From assembly GCA_015680685.1 (NCBI GenBank), contig MNCI01002682.1, positions 62,001 through 126,000 on the forward strand: a DNA stretch of 64,000 nucleotides, written 5' to 3'. Positions 26,601 to 38,159 of this stretch are shown piece after piece. Each line of letters begins with the position of its first letter. Position 1 is the stretch's first letter. Both the position numbers and the translations under genes were made by a program. The DNA comes from Gnetum montanum. Taxonomy: Eukaryota; Plantae; Gnetophyta. The notes beneath the pieces were generated by a model. It was not told where the DNA came from, did no database searches, and worked only from the letters and a program-made list of their open reading frames with translations.

Positions 26601-29367
26601 ATGAGCCAAGATTATTCAAAAACATTAGAATCTTTACAGTGAGGTTCTATTTAGGAAAACAACAGAAAAAAACATGTAGAATGATTTCTGCTAGAATTAT
26701 GAACAAGCAGAGAAATAGTATTCCACTTTTAAAGACCAAATGGATCCAGAAATATAATGAAAACTAACCATCATCAATAGGCAACCCAATAATGGATCTA
26801 AGCGTGCTATCTTTAATAATATCTTGCACAAAAGGTAACGTCTCAACTCCTGCAACAGATGGATGATTTTGGAGTATCTGTATATTTCAACCAAGAAACA
26901 AGGCAACAGTGAAATTTAGCAAATTGCCATAAAGAAATTGAATGATAGAAATATTCTTTAAAAAGGCTTATACCTGTTGATCAAATACTTTCAGACCCCA
27001 ATCCCTGATCTCAACTGAAGAGCAAATATTGCTGACCTGCAAAACCCACCAAGAAAAAAAAATAGTTAAGAACAATGCTGCCACAGTGCCAGCTACTTAA
27101 AAAGTTTTCACAAACAGTATTCAGCACCTGCTTCTCACACTCACTAACAAACTTTTCTAGCTCTTTCACTTTTTTCTTTCCAGGCCAATCATTTTCATCA
27201 TCAGAACTTTCAGAAGAGTACACTTTTGGCTTTTTTGAGTCCTTTTCAAGGATGGTGATTTTCTCTTGATAATAATCCCTCAATAGATCATCCAGACCAA
27301 TGACATTTTGAGATCTGTCAATGTAGAAAATTAGGATTTTCTAAACACAGGGCACCAACACATTTTTCTTAAGTAACTAGTTAAGTTCCTATGAACCATA
27401 AATGATCTGAATTTTTTGAAAACCGTACAACACCCATGGAACTATGTTTTGAGACTGCATACCAAGAGCCTATCTTAAAATCAAAATTGTGAAGACGAAA
27501 GACCAACTTAATATATAAAATTAGGTTTTTCTAAAAACATGACACCCATATATTTTTTTCCTAAGTAACTAGTTAACTTCCTATGAGCTATAAATGATAT
27601 GTTTTTTTTTTTTTAAGAACTTGTACAACACCTATGGAACTATGTTTGAAAACGGCATATTAAGAGCCTATGTTAAAATCAAAACCAAGACTGAAGACTA
27701 ATTTTCAAGCATACTTAAATCACACACCTAGTAAAATCATTAGCTGTGCATGTCAGACTGCTTCTAGTGCTGCAGCACTGACAAAACTGATGCGCTGAAA
27801 CCTAGACAGTCTAAATTCATATATATCAATTATTTGCAATGCAATACTCATTGTTTGTCTCTTTGGTACTTCTGCATACCTCTAATTTGCAATCAGTGGT
27901 GTTATACATGATGTCTCTGTACATACTGTCCAGATCATTAAAAAAAAGGACACAAAGCATGCATATAGAGTTACTCTAACCACTGTTGTTGAATGACACC
28001 TGACCCACTGAAAATCACAATAAGCATGGATTCAAATCAAATGAAAGAACTCAGCAACTATTTACAATAATTTTAATAATTTATATGATTTAGATGCATC
28101 CTCAAATTCAGCTTTATTCTCCCAAATCTCCACATCTTATCTAGAGACCTTGATAGCAATTCCACCCATGTCTTCTATGTACATGAGATTTTTTAATATT
28201 TTTGCATATGATCTAATCTATAAAACTTCTTAAAAACTGCAAGTAAATCAATTAATGATGCTAAAAAGCACCAAATTTTTACAACTTCAAATTCAGAGGT
28301 TTTGTAGACAGACAAGATTATGTTTTAAGTATTTGCAATAAAGGAACCGTGTGCAGCAAATGCATTAAAATACAAATATCAACAGGCAAAACCAAGATAA
28401 TTCACAAGAACAAAGATGCTGCCAGGGCATCCAAGAAAGCATGCATTTCACCTAAAACTCAATTGTTTCAAATGGTTTCATGGATGCACCTGAAACTTAT
28501 TTAGGTTCGTGTGTTTGCTGCTGAAGACGGATAGGATAGCATGATTGAGGTATTTGCATCAGATAATGACTTAATGGTGATAAACATATGATTTACCATG
28601 CTTCCCTCTTGTTTTCATTTTCATTGAACCTATACAAAAAATTGGGTTTTTCTTAAAGATTTTCGGTTTGTCAATGTAAGCATAGCGCAATTGATGAGCT
28701 TTTTGCTTTATTCGTTAAAAGTGTAGGTTACAAACCTGAGAATTGACCTTGTGAAAGTTCCAACAACCAATTTAGAGCCTTTCGGTTTGTTAATACATCG
28801 TTTATTGAACACAGAATACCCTTAACCACTTAAAAGACCTTTTAAGTTTGTTAATGCATCTATCTAACATTGAATGGGCTTATCAATTGGATAGCTTGAA
28901 CCGGTAACCTTATAGGTAACCTGGTAAGTAGAGGTACTTTAAGCACAAGCTCACAATCAACTCAAACCTACTCATGTTGTAACAGTTAAAGAATAAATAA
29001 TTTAGCATGTTGATCTCTACTCTCTTGTCATCCAAAAGATTTCCCCATTTAAAAAACATCCAAAGATACGTATCCATTTTTAAAGGCTATCCATGAGGTT
29101 AACAATAAGTCAATAACAAAAGCGCCGTCATAGCGGAAGAGTAAAATGCCCATATTTAGAGAGAGACGTCTGTATGTTTCAAAGATTCTAAATCCAAGCA
29201 AAAACCTGAAGAATAGCGGTCCTAACTACCCCACTTCTTGAATGCTTATAAGAGATTCATCAGCAATAAAAATTTATCATGCTGATTGACCTTTGAGAGT
29301 GTGGTTGCTTTTTAGGGCTTGTCTCTTCGTTTTCGAAGTCCAAAGGGCCATCGTCTTCAACTTCCAT
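20659..29367 (-). CDS. ASAP1: ASAP1-like (SNI1-associated protein, SMC5/6 complex subunit), 467 aa. Coding exons 29367-29291, 27314-27128, 27036-26974, 26877-26769, 26444-26340, 26205-26129, 25861-25744, 25662-25590, 23530-23339, 21296-21173, 21017-20790, 20709-20659
   Basis: All GT-AG and phase-compatible, 1404 nt in total. Motifs recognised from Arabidopsis At2g28130-type proteins: DGPLDFENE, VIGLDDLL.DYY.EK, WGL..F..Q, GPP.N.R.W.KFV.ACC, LRNCSCQI.S.D.R.YASKVRNKASY. The name assignment is from memory. Confidence 0.8.
22600..22760 (+). mobile_element. Au-like SINE copy in an ASAP1 intron
   Basis: Reverse complement of the 335-465 and 5340-5490 repeat. Confidence 0.5.
24352..24945. repeat. 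About 300-bp tandem duplication in ASAP1 intron 8
   Basis: 24352-24650 and 24652-24945 align along their length. Confidence 0.9.
27328..27690. repeat. About 190-bp tandem duplication next to the ASAP1 coding exon 2 acceptor
   Basis: aaaattagg.ttttctaaa...taagtaactagttaa.ttcctatga...aagagcctat.ttaaaatcaaaa occurs twice. Confidence 0.8.
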
Positions 29368-29373
29368 TGTCAA

Positions 29374-29800
29374 CTGAAAACAAAAAATTGTGAGTCAGTC
29401 AGTACAAATAAACCGCGTAAAATGAAAAATCCATCTGAAATTTAAACCCCGTGAAAAATCTAGTACAGCAGCTGACCTCTTTATCAGTGCATGAACGCAA
29501 CTCTTATGTATAAATCCTGCCAGTAACGACCAAGACTAAATCTTTGAAGCAGAAACGAAATGAAATCAAGTGAAGGAAACTTTTTGGTTCTGGAAACGCG
29601 TGTATTACGCAGCGAGCGAGCAACGTTGTTGAACCTCCAGGTTTTGACGAGGGAGAAGATTGAAAAGTGTTTGTACAGAGATTCACCGGGAGACGGCGAA
29701 ACAGTCATGATGTTTGGTTTGCCGCGCTCGATCGGTTCGAGTTAACAAGGATTTTAATTTCAGAAGACATAGGGCGTAGCTTAGCGATAACGATCTTTTC
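29374..29800 (-). promoter_or_regulatory. ASAP1 5'UTR intron, leader exon and CpG-rich proximal promoter
   Basis: Acceptor ttttcag 6 nt before the ATG, candidate donor ccg|gtgaat at about 29687, and local CpG enrichment. Confidence 0.5.
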
Positions 29801-30936
29801 AATATACCTAAAATATTCATTTGATTAAAAAAATCAGTTCCCTCTGCCGACAGTATTCTTTTCACTGTATCTAAACTATTAATTTAGTGTTATGTGAGTA
29901 AGCTGTTTGAAGGGTTATGAACCTCAAGTTTTGCTTAATGTTGCTCATTAGAATCAAATTTGTGAGCTACCATCATATTAGAGAAAAAGTGATATTGATA
30001 TTTTATTGCATTTGGATGGATCCAAAGGATCTGTAAGACAAATGAACTTGTGAAAAATACATCAATAATAATAAATTTTGAGTATAATAAATATGTCCAA
30101 TATTCATGCAACTTGAACACATCTTCTATATAATTCCTTTGAACCAACACCAATAGTTTAAATATCTCATACAAATATTGACTAGAGATTTGCAATTTTC
30201 TTCTATAGAGATCTGCAATTTTCTTTTAAAGAAATTTGTTCCATAGTATTCTAATAATACATGTTGCTCATGTTCTACCACTTGCAATAAACACAATCAC
30301 GTATTCTTTCTTCATACTCATTATTCTATCTTCCAATTTTAACTCGAGGATGGTGTGATTACATTCTTACTCTTCTCATTAGTGCTCTCGTGAATATTGG
30401 AATTGTTGCATGTGGATATGTTGTTTAATCATATTTGCTACCTACAATATTTTGCCAATAAAATTGAACCTTTTTTGGTATTTGTGCCTCATTTTGACAT
30501 CTCTCTAAAACTTTATCTATTAGAAGTTTCTAATATTGTTTTGAATTTAGTATTCCATCAATATTATCAATACCCGATTTTTGTAGCCATGATAATCATT
30601 CATGAAACTGCTTATATTGTTAAAACTTTTGAATGATCTCCAAGTTTCTATTTTTGTAGCCAAAGTACATATCCATTAGTGAACATGTTAGGATTTGAAT
30701 GTATAAATAATGGAGTATAAGATTATTCCAATAATGAATATTAGAACTTGCATTAGTCTATGTAAGATACCAAACATCTAGTGGCTCCCATGCTGACATG
30801 GTTGTGTATCGATTTAATGATGAATTTGGTGATAACCATTGTTTTTTGGAGAAGAGAAATGCCCACTAGCATAGCTTACATTGATAATAAGTTGTACAAG
30901 TTTCTTGAACTACAATGTTATGTGGTATGAATTTTT

Positions 30937-32920
30937 ATCATCATCATCATCATCAATAGTGTAGCATTATCCCAACTATATGGGTTTGACTATATGAGTT
31001 CTTTGATGCCATGGGCTTCTCTCAAGAGTCAAGCATGCATTGATGCCTAAATCTTGGGTGTCTTCCTTTATACAAGCAAACCATGTATGTTTTGTTTCAA
31101 CTTTAATAAAGTGAAGTCTTCTAGTAAGAGCATCCTTCTTAGCACATGACCAAACCATTTAAGATGACTTTTCTTAATATTATCATTTACGGATGCTATT
31201 CACAAAACTTCCTCTAATAAGAGAGTTGTTAATTCGATCTTTCATAATCATACCCCACAACCACATTAGCATACACATCTTAGCCACATGCATGTGTTGA
31301 GCTTGATGCTTTTTGATAGGCCAACATTCCACATCATAAATGATGAGACGCGATTCGCATGAGCCGCAATATCGCGTTGTCCCCTGCTCTGTCGCATACG
31401 CGATATCGCAATCCACCGCCATATCTATAAATAAAAGGCGGCTCTCCCTTGTTTCTCGATCCTGAGTTAGAAGTAGGGAAACTTTGGCAGTTTGATCACT
31501 CCAAAGATAAAATATTTTCCATGTGCCCACAATAGAAGACCTAAAGTGAACGGATCTTTATTCGAGCAACATTGTACCTGAACATAAGTTGTGTACGGCA
31601 ATAAAGACGAACTTCTTGGATAAACCTTGCAGTGCATGGAATAGGATTTTATTTATTGTTTTCTCTTTCACCCTTAAACTCCTAGAATGCGGAATGAGTA
31701 CGACTTGATTATAAGCGTCTAAGGATGTGTACGAATAGTCAAAGAATCAGTTACTCATTGCATGTAGTATGAGCACGACTTGATTATGAGCATCTAGTGT
31801 GACTGCTTAGTAACCCAGTGGCGTATCCAGGATCTACGCTTGGTATTCCCAGTGGTAGTCTCAGATGTGTACGGTTAGTCAAGGAATTGGCTGCTCATCG
31901 CACTTAGGCTAGATAGATTCTCCAACCCTTTCCTCCTAGTTAAGTGCCTCAATATGACCACTTCAAGCATGTGCGTTACGCGCGGTGATCCCAACAACGA
32001 TTAGCGTTTGGTAGTCGCGGTTGCATCTATTCAGGGTGTGTACGGTAAGTGGGAACGGCTGCTGACGCTAAGTAATTTAGACTTAGTCATTAGTTAGAGT
32101 TAGTTAGTTTCTCAACCCTTCACCTCGATAGCATAAGAGAAAAACATAAAAGACCATAAAAAATCATACACTTTGGACTTACTTAACCATACACCGTGAC
32201 AACTACAAGTAAGTCTAAGAAAACAACGAATGATTAACCCCAAGTGTTCCATGAGGTGTCTAGGCACTTAGTTTGCGGAGTTTGACCGGATCATGCGTGG
32301 TACGCTTGTTTCGTATGGTTGAGTGTAGGGGTACCTCGTCACTCATCAATAAAGGATTTATAGAACTTATCCTTCAACCTAGCAAGGATTTAGGACAAAA
32401 CACACCACTACCTTTCTACCATTTCATCCACCCTGCATCAATTTATTTGATCACATCATCATGAATCTCACCATCCACTTCAACTAGAGACCCTAAGTAT
32501 CCGAATTACTTACATTAATAAACTTTGTAGTTTTTGATTCTAATATTCTTTTCTTTGTTACTTAATTTTCCACTAAAAGTACACTCCATGTATTCCATTC
32601 TACTTTCGTGGATTCCCAACCCTTTTGATTCTAGGATGTTTTCCCAAATCTCCAATTTTCCAACGAGGAGTTCCTTTGATTCATCCATCAAAACAATATC
32701 ATTAGCAAAGATCTTACACCTAGGAATATCATCTTGAATATCTTTGGTTGGCTCATTTGTGATAATATCAAACAAATTAGAGCTGGGAGAAAATCCTTGG
32801 TGTAACTTGAACTTCACCATAAAGTTTGAAGCCTCTCCCCAAATAATATGGACGTAAATTACTGCACTTGAATTGTTGCTTCATAGTCCATGTCTCGAAT
32901 AGTATTTATGTACCCAAAAG
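30937..32920 (-). mobile_element. RTE-clade LINE 3' fragment, split by a solo LTR
   Basis: LHQG...S..LF; DDIP.C..FA.DIVL.DES; EYMEC.F; YLGS; AGWMKW; LYDVECW; ends in the (gat)n tail at 30937. Confidence 0.85.
31341..32348 (+). mobile_element. Solo LTR related to the 35316-43370 Athila LTRs (opposite orientation)
   Basis: tgatgag...ctcatca termini, perfect 5-bp TSD ATAAA (31336-31340 / 32349-32353), TATA ctataaata at about 31426. Similar in sequence to the reverse complement of 35316-36115. Confidence 0.9.
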
Positions 32921-34499
32921 GAAAACATGATCGGTTAGATTTACATATTATGTCGTTCTTATAAATCATCATAGGTTTGATTAATTTGTTTTTTGTTTCT
33001 GGGAGTTGAATGGGTTCTTAGACGTTTTTCAGTCTTGTTTATTGATGTTGTACAGACTGGTATGTTAGTATGGTCTCATTGGCGGATGGTCCTGTGCCTC
33101 CGGAAATCAAACCGGGAGCGGAGGGGACTTGTGATTGGAGACAAAAGCTGTGCAAGATTTGCAACAGCAAAAATGCAGGAGGGTCAGAGAGTAAGTTTTT
33201 GTAGATGAAGGACACGGTGTTACCGGGAAAAAGCTTACTGCTACCACTATCAGTCACCTGGTCTTGCCGACACGTTCCGGAGATCAGGGCAGGAGCTTTG
33301 ACAGCCAATCCCCAGAAGCTCATACGGGCAACGCCCAGCACGGAACCTCCTCATACAGGACGCATCTTACCCGTTCTCTCCACAAGCCAGGAAAAACGAT
33401 ATGTTGGAGGTTTTACAGCAACAGAAGTTATTATGGAACGACGGCATAATGGAGTAGCTTAGTACGAAAATTTGCTCAGATCAACGCTGACACATTTGCC
33501 GAGACCAAGTTCGACACAGTTTTTTTCTTTAATTGTTTGCACTTACTGTACCAATGCGGGCACATCTTTTGGCTCTAATTGTTTGCCTGTGGTTGTTTTA
33601 GTAGAAGAACATATATTTATTTGTATACGCAGTTGTGTCAATTATTTTGAGGAACGACTTTTAATTCATCGCTGAATGCATTTTTTGTGACGGTAGTACA
33701 AGTTCTCTGATAACCGATTTTTATGAATAGTTACAGAACTGCTGGGAGGGCACGTCCTGTATTTCCAGGACCCCAACAGATTTCAGCTATATTAATACTT
33801 GCTTAAGAGAAAAATTAGGAATGATTACCCTGTTGGTTGTATGTACTTTGCACATGGAATTTTCATACGTTGAAGTTGCAGAAACTCAACGGGGAATCAT
33901 ACATGCAAATGAAGTAGTGTTAGTGTTGCAAATCGTTGAAATTATTTAAAAAGCAAAAAAACCCAGCATTCCAAACTGTGAAAATCATGGAAACAATGAT
34001 TGGAACCAGTGTAGCATACAAGTAGTGAAATTCCTTCAAAAGCTGTATAATCAATTATAGCCTGCCATGACGAAGGAATAAATCTCAGTTGCAGCCTAGG
34101 AATTTTAATGGGTTGTTAATGTTTGTTCTGTATAAGCAAATTCTTAATTTGTTCAATGTCAATCAAAGGCCAGGCAAAAACGTAACCCCATGCAACTTTG
34201 AAGGAGTCTTAGCAGTTCAGTTCTAACTTAAAGCAAGCTTCTGGGATTGTACTAGCAATAATAGTTTTGGTCTGGTTCGGGACCTCCAAACTCTATGACG
34301 CCGACACTACCCATAAATGAGCACACGGCCACACCCCACGTGGGTGGGTACATGACATAAGTCGTTACTCATTGACAACTTTTTTTCTTCTTACTACCTC
34401 ATGACTTAAATTTACTTTAAAAAATTTAAATTTTTAATTATACTTACAATGGTACTTTTTTATAGTGATATTTTATTGTATTGCTATAGACCCAAAGCA

Positions 34500-35315
34500 T
34501 GTGGTAGTGAAATTAATTTGTGCAAAAATACATTGGTAGTAATAAATTCTAAGTACAGTGGATGTGTTCAATATCCATGTAGCTTGAATGCACCTTGTAT
34601 ATATTTTCTTAGAATTAACATTGGTAGTATGAATAGCTCATACAAATGTTAACTAGAGATTTGCCATTATATTTTGAAGAAATCTATTTTGCAACATTCC
34701 AATAATGCATGTTACTCTACAACTTGTGGTAAACACAATTGATAGATTCTATCATCATGTTACTCATTGTTCCATCTTCCAATTTTAACTTGAAGACGGT
34801 GTGATCCTATTTTTACTAGGCTAATTAGTGCCCTCATAAACATTGAAATTGTTGCAGGTAGAGATTTTATTTCTTCATGCCTAACACCTATATTATTTTG
34901 CTAGTAAGATTGAAGCTTTATGGTATTTGAGCTTCATTTACCATCTCTTTGAAACTTTTTCTCTAAGCTTGTTTTGAATTTAGTACTTTATCCAATCTTT
35001 CTTGAGACTTTTAGCCAATCTTCTTGAGATGTTATTGCTATTTTTATTACTCAAATAGAAAGTTCAGAATTGATACATTGCTTTAGCATCTAATGGCAAC
35101 AACCTAGCTTATAATAAAAGTATTGCATATGGGATTTGAGCTTTCACCTTAAATTCATCCAACTAGAATTGTTTTTGAAGCTTTTCAAATTTCTTCCATG
35201 ATTCTTGATCAAGACTTAGGCCCCACACCACACATCCATAAAGCAAGGTAGGCTATATAATTGTTTGAAAATGATATTTTCAAATCGTTCAAGTTCAAAT
35301 ATTGTAATTACTTTA
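34500..35315 (-). mobile_element. Old LINE, 3' part (continues at 43371-44166 and 62948-64000)
   Basis: The minus strand reads PTLLYGCVVWG next to the Athila TSD. Related relics lie at about 18400-18900 and 29900-30900. Confidence 0.6.
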
Positions 35316-36115
35316 TGATGAGTGATGAGGTATCCCTATGCTCAACCATATGAATATGAGCGTCCATGCACAATCTGGTCGAATTCCAAGGACTAAGTGC
35401 CTATGCGCCTTTGTGGAACAAGAATAAATTGATCAATTGTTGTCTTTCCAAGCTTACTTGTATGTCATGATTGTATGGTTAAGTAAACTTGAGGCATATG
35501 ATTTTTATACTTTTTATGTGTTTTTATGTCTTGCTACTAATAAGGGAGGAGAGAGAGATAGCTGAGTAACTAATTTAATTTGACTACTTATTAACTAGGC
35601 TCTAACTAATCCTAACACTAGTATTTGTTCTCACTTGCTATACACATCCTGAACCAGTGCAACACTACTGGGATTACCAAACGCTAATCATTACTGGGAT
35701 ACCAAGTGGTACACACATGCTCGAAGTGCTTGTACTATGTGTGCTTACATAGGAGAGTTGTAGGGTGAGAGAGAATCATTAATTAACTAAGGAACGCATT
35801 AAGTAACAATAATTAACATTAATTAATCTATTCTGAATGCTGCAAGGTCTATCACAGAGTTCATCTTTATTGCTGTACACAAGGTGTGCTCAAGTACACA
35901 ATGCTCGAATGAAGATCTGTTCACTTTATGACTCCTACTATAGGCACGCAGAAATAATTCTAACTTTGAGAGGAAGAAAAGGCAAGAGTTTGGGTAAGGG
36001 ACTAAGACTAACTATGCAAACCAAGTGCGCTTGCCTCTTATTTATAGGCAATGAGGCAGGTTGTGATATCGCGTGGAAGGTTGCGATATCACGTACGTGA
36101 TATCATGACTCATCA
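35316..36115 (-). repeat. Athila 3' LTR
   Basis: Direct repeat of 42559-43370; tgatgag...ctcatca ends. Confidence 0.9.
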
Positions 36116-38159
36116 TACCCCCATGACTGAATGAAAACTCGTCCTTGAGTTCCTTACAAAATATTGGGAAGGTATGGGATTATTGACTGAATGAGAACTG
36201 ATAGCGACAGGGAATAACAGACTCAAAGTGCCCAATGAACGGATCCATGAACATATTACAACATTGGTGTTCATGCCGTTTGTGGTGAACACTGTACATG
36301 GATGACATCCAGACCTTCACTTGACAGCTTGAAAAGAAAGAGGGAGAAAAGAAAATGAGGCGTGTTGCTGCCAATGCCGAGATTGCGCCCTCCGTTGTTT
36401 ATCCATAACCATGCAACTAGACTTGTTCTTGGCGTAAACGTTCCAGCTTCATTCCATCTCGAGTGCTTCGTCCTATTCCAGTCCATAGTTCGTGTAATCG
36501 CCATCTGCACACACAACACAGTCACGAATGAGCAAGGATAAGTAAGCCACATTGCAATTGATACCTTGCCTCGATATAAAGCGCATTGGCTGGGTTGTGG
36601 TTATGGTAGAAACTAGGTTAGAGGTTTATTAATGATAACTACCCAAGGTGTAGTGGTTAGGCAAGTAGTAGAATGGAGAAATTGAAAAATTTGTGCCAAG
36701 GCCCCCACGACTAAGAGTGAACCTCTGGTAGCAATAAGATGAAAAAATATAAGGAACAAGAAAGATGGAAAGAATAACAATGACAACGGCAATAAAGTGG
36801 GTGTCAAAGATGGGGATGAAACGATAAATGGTTGATTGCAGATAATGTTTAAGGAAAAGAACTTAACAATTGCACCAAAAAGGAATGCTAGTGGATCCTC
36901 CCCAAAGTAGGCTCATGCCCTTTATGCCCTGACAAATCCACAAACTAAAGCGTCCGTAGGCTCTAGGAATGTCATTTGGAAGCAAGAGTTAAAACTTCCC
37001 CATAAGAGTTTACCAAGGAAAAACAATGCATCAACCAAGATATGGACTAATCATAAAACCGACAATGAGGTGGAAAATGGAAAGAAAGATGGAGAGTAGA
37101 AATGGAATGGAATCCCAAGAGCAAAGTTATGTAAAGTCCCTTATGTATGTCATGGTTAATGTGACTGAGTAGAACTCATTCCAAATCCAGACTCAAACCA
37201 ACCACACTCAGTGACCTCACATCAATACACTTGGCCAATCCATCCTCTTGAAACAACAAGAAAGCCTCCACAAAGAGTCACCACCATCCCAAGGAGAGCG
37301 AGATGGAGAAGCAGGAAGCGAGAAAGGGCCTTAGTTAGAGGGAACCTTCAGGCATGGATAACATGTCTTTCCAGTACCATAACCAATGCTTGTAGCCCAT
37401 ATTGCTTTATTATGTCTAAAGGGTATGCTTTGAATTCCCTCTTTTTTTTCTTTTTTTCTTTTTTTTTTCGTGTGAGAACCACACCATGCAAAGACTTATT
37501 TTTATTCATTGAGCTTCTTGATATTTGATCGATGGCAGAATAGCGGAAAACCTAAGAAAAAGCATCCAAGGACCCAAGAGAATGGCTAGCACAAATGCAT
37601 CAAATCCCCTTGAAGTCATACCCTTTTCAACCATTGAGTTCGTCCTTTAGTTTGAAAATTACCAAGCCACCAATTTATTAAGAAGTTGATTAGAAAAAAG
37701 GGATTGTACAGTTCCAAGCCAAGGGAGATCACCGAGTTGAACGGAAGAATGGACGGTGTGGACTCATTGCTTGTTTTATCAAAAGAACCATATCTTAATA
37801 TCAACATTGAGAATCAAAGGTAAAAACCAAACATTAACAATCAACATTATTATAATACAATCCACCATGATGAGCACTTATTGTATGACGAATGAAAGTA
37901 AATCAAATAAAGAAATAGGAAAAAATGTGAACGATGGTGTAAGACAAAAATAAGTGAATTTGAAAAATGTGCAAAACAAAAAAGTGTAAAACAAAAATGT
38001 GTAAAACAAAAATATAAAAAGAGCTAAGGGCTTAGAATGGTTAGCATAGGTGGTCGTCTCTCCCACGACTGAGTTGGAAGGAGGAGATCTGAAATAGCGA
38101 GCAAGGTTGTCCACCAATAGAGGTAGTATTGGTACTGGCTATTTTAGGCTCATGGAAGG

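Noticed and set aside
29484-29865. Protein-coding ORFs upstream of ASAP1
   Set aside because: Better explained as the ASAP1 5'UTR intron, leader and promoter.
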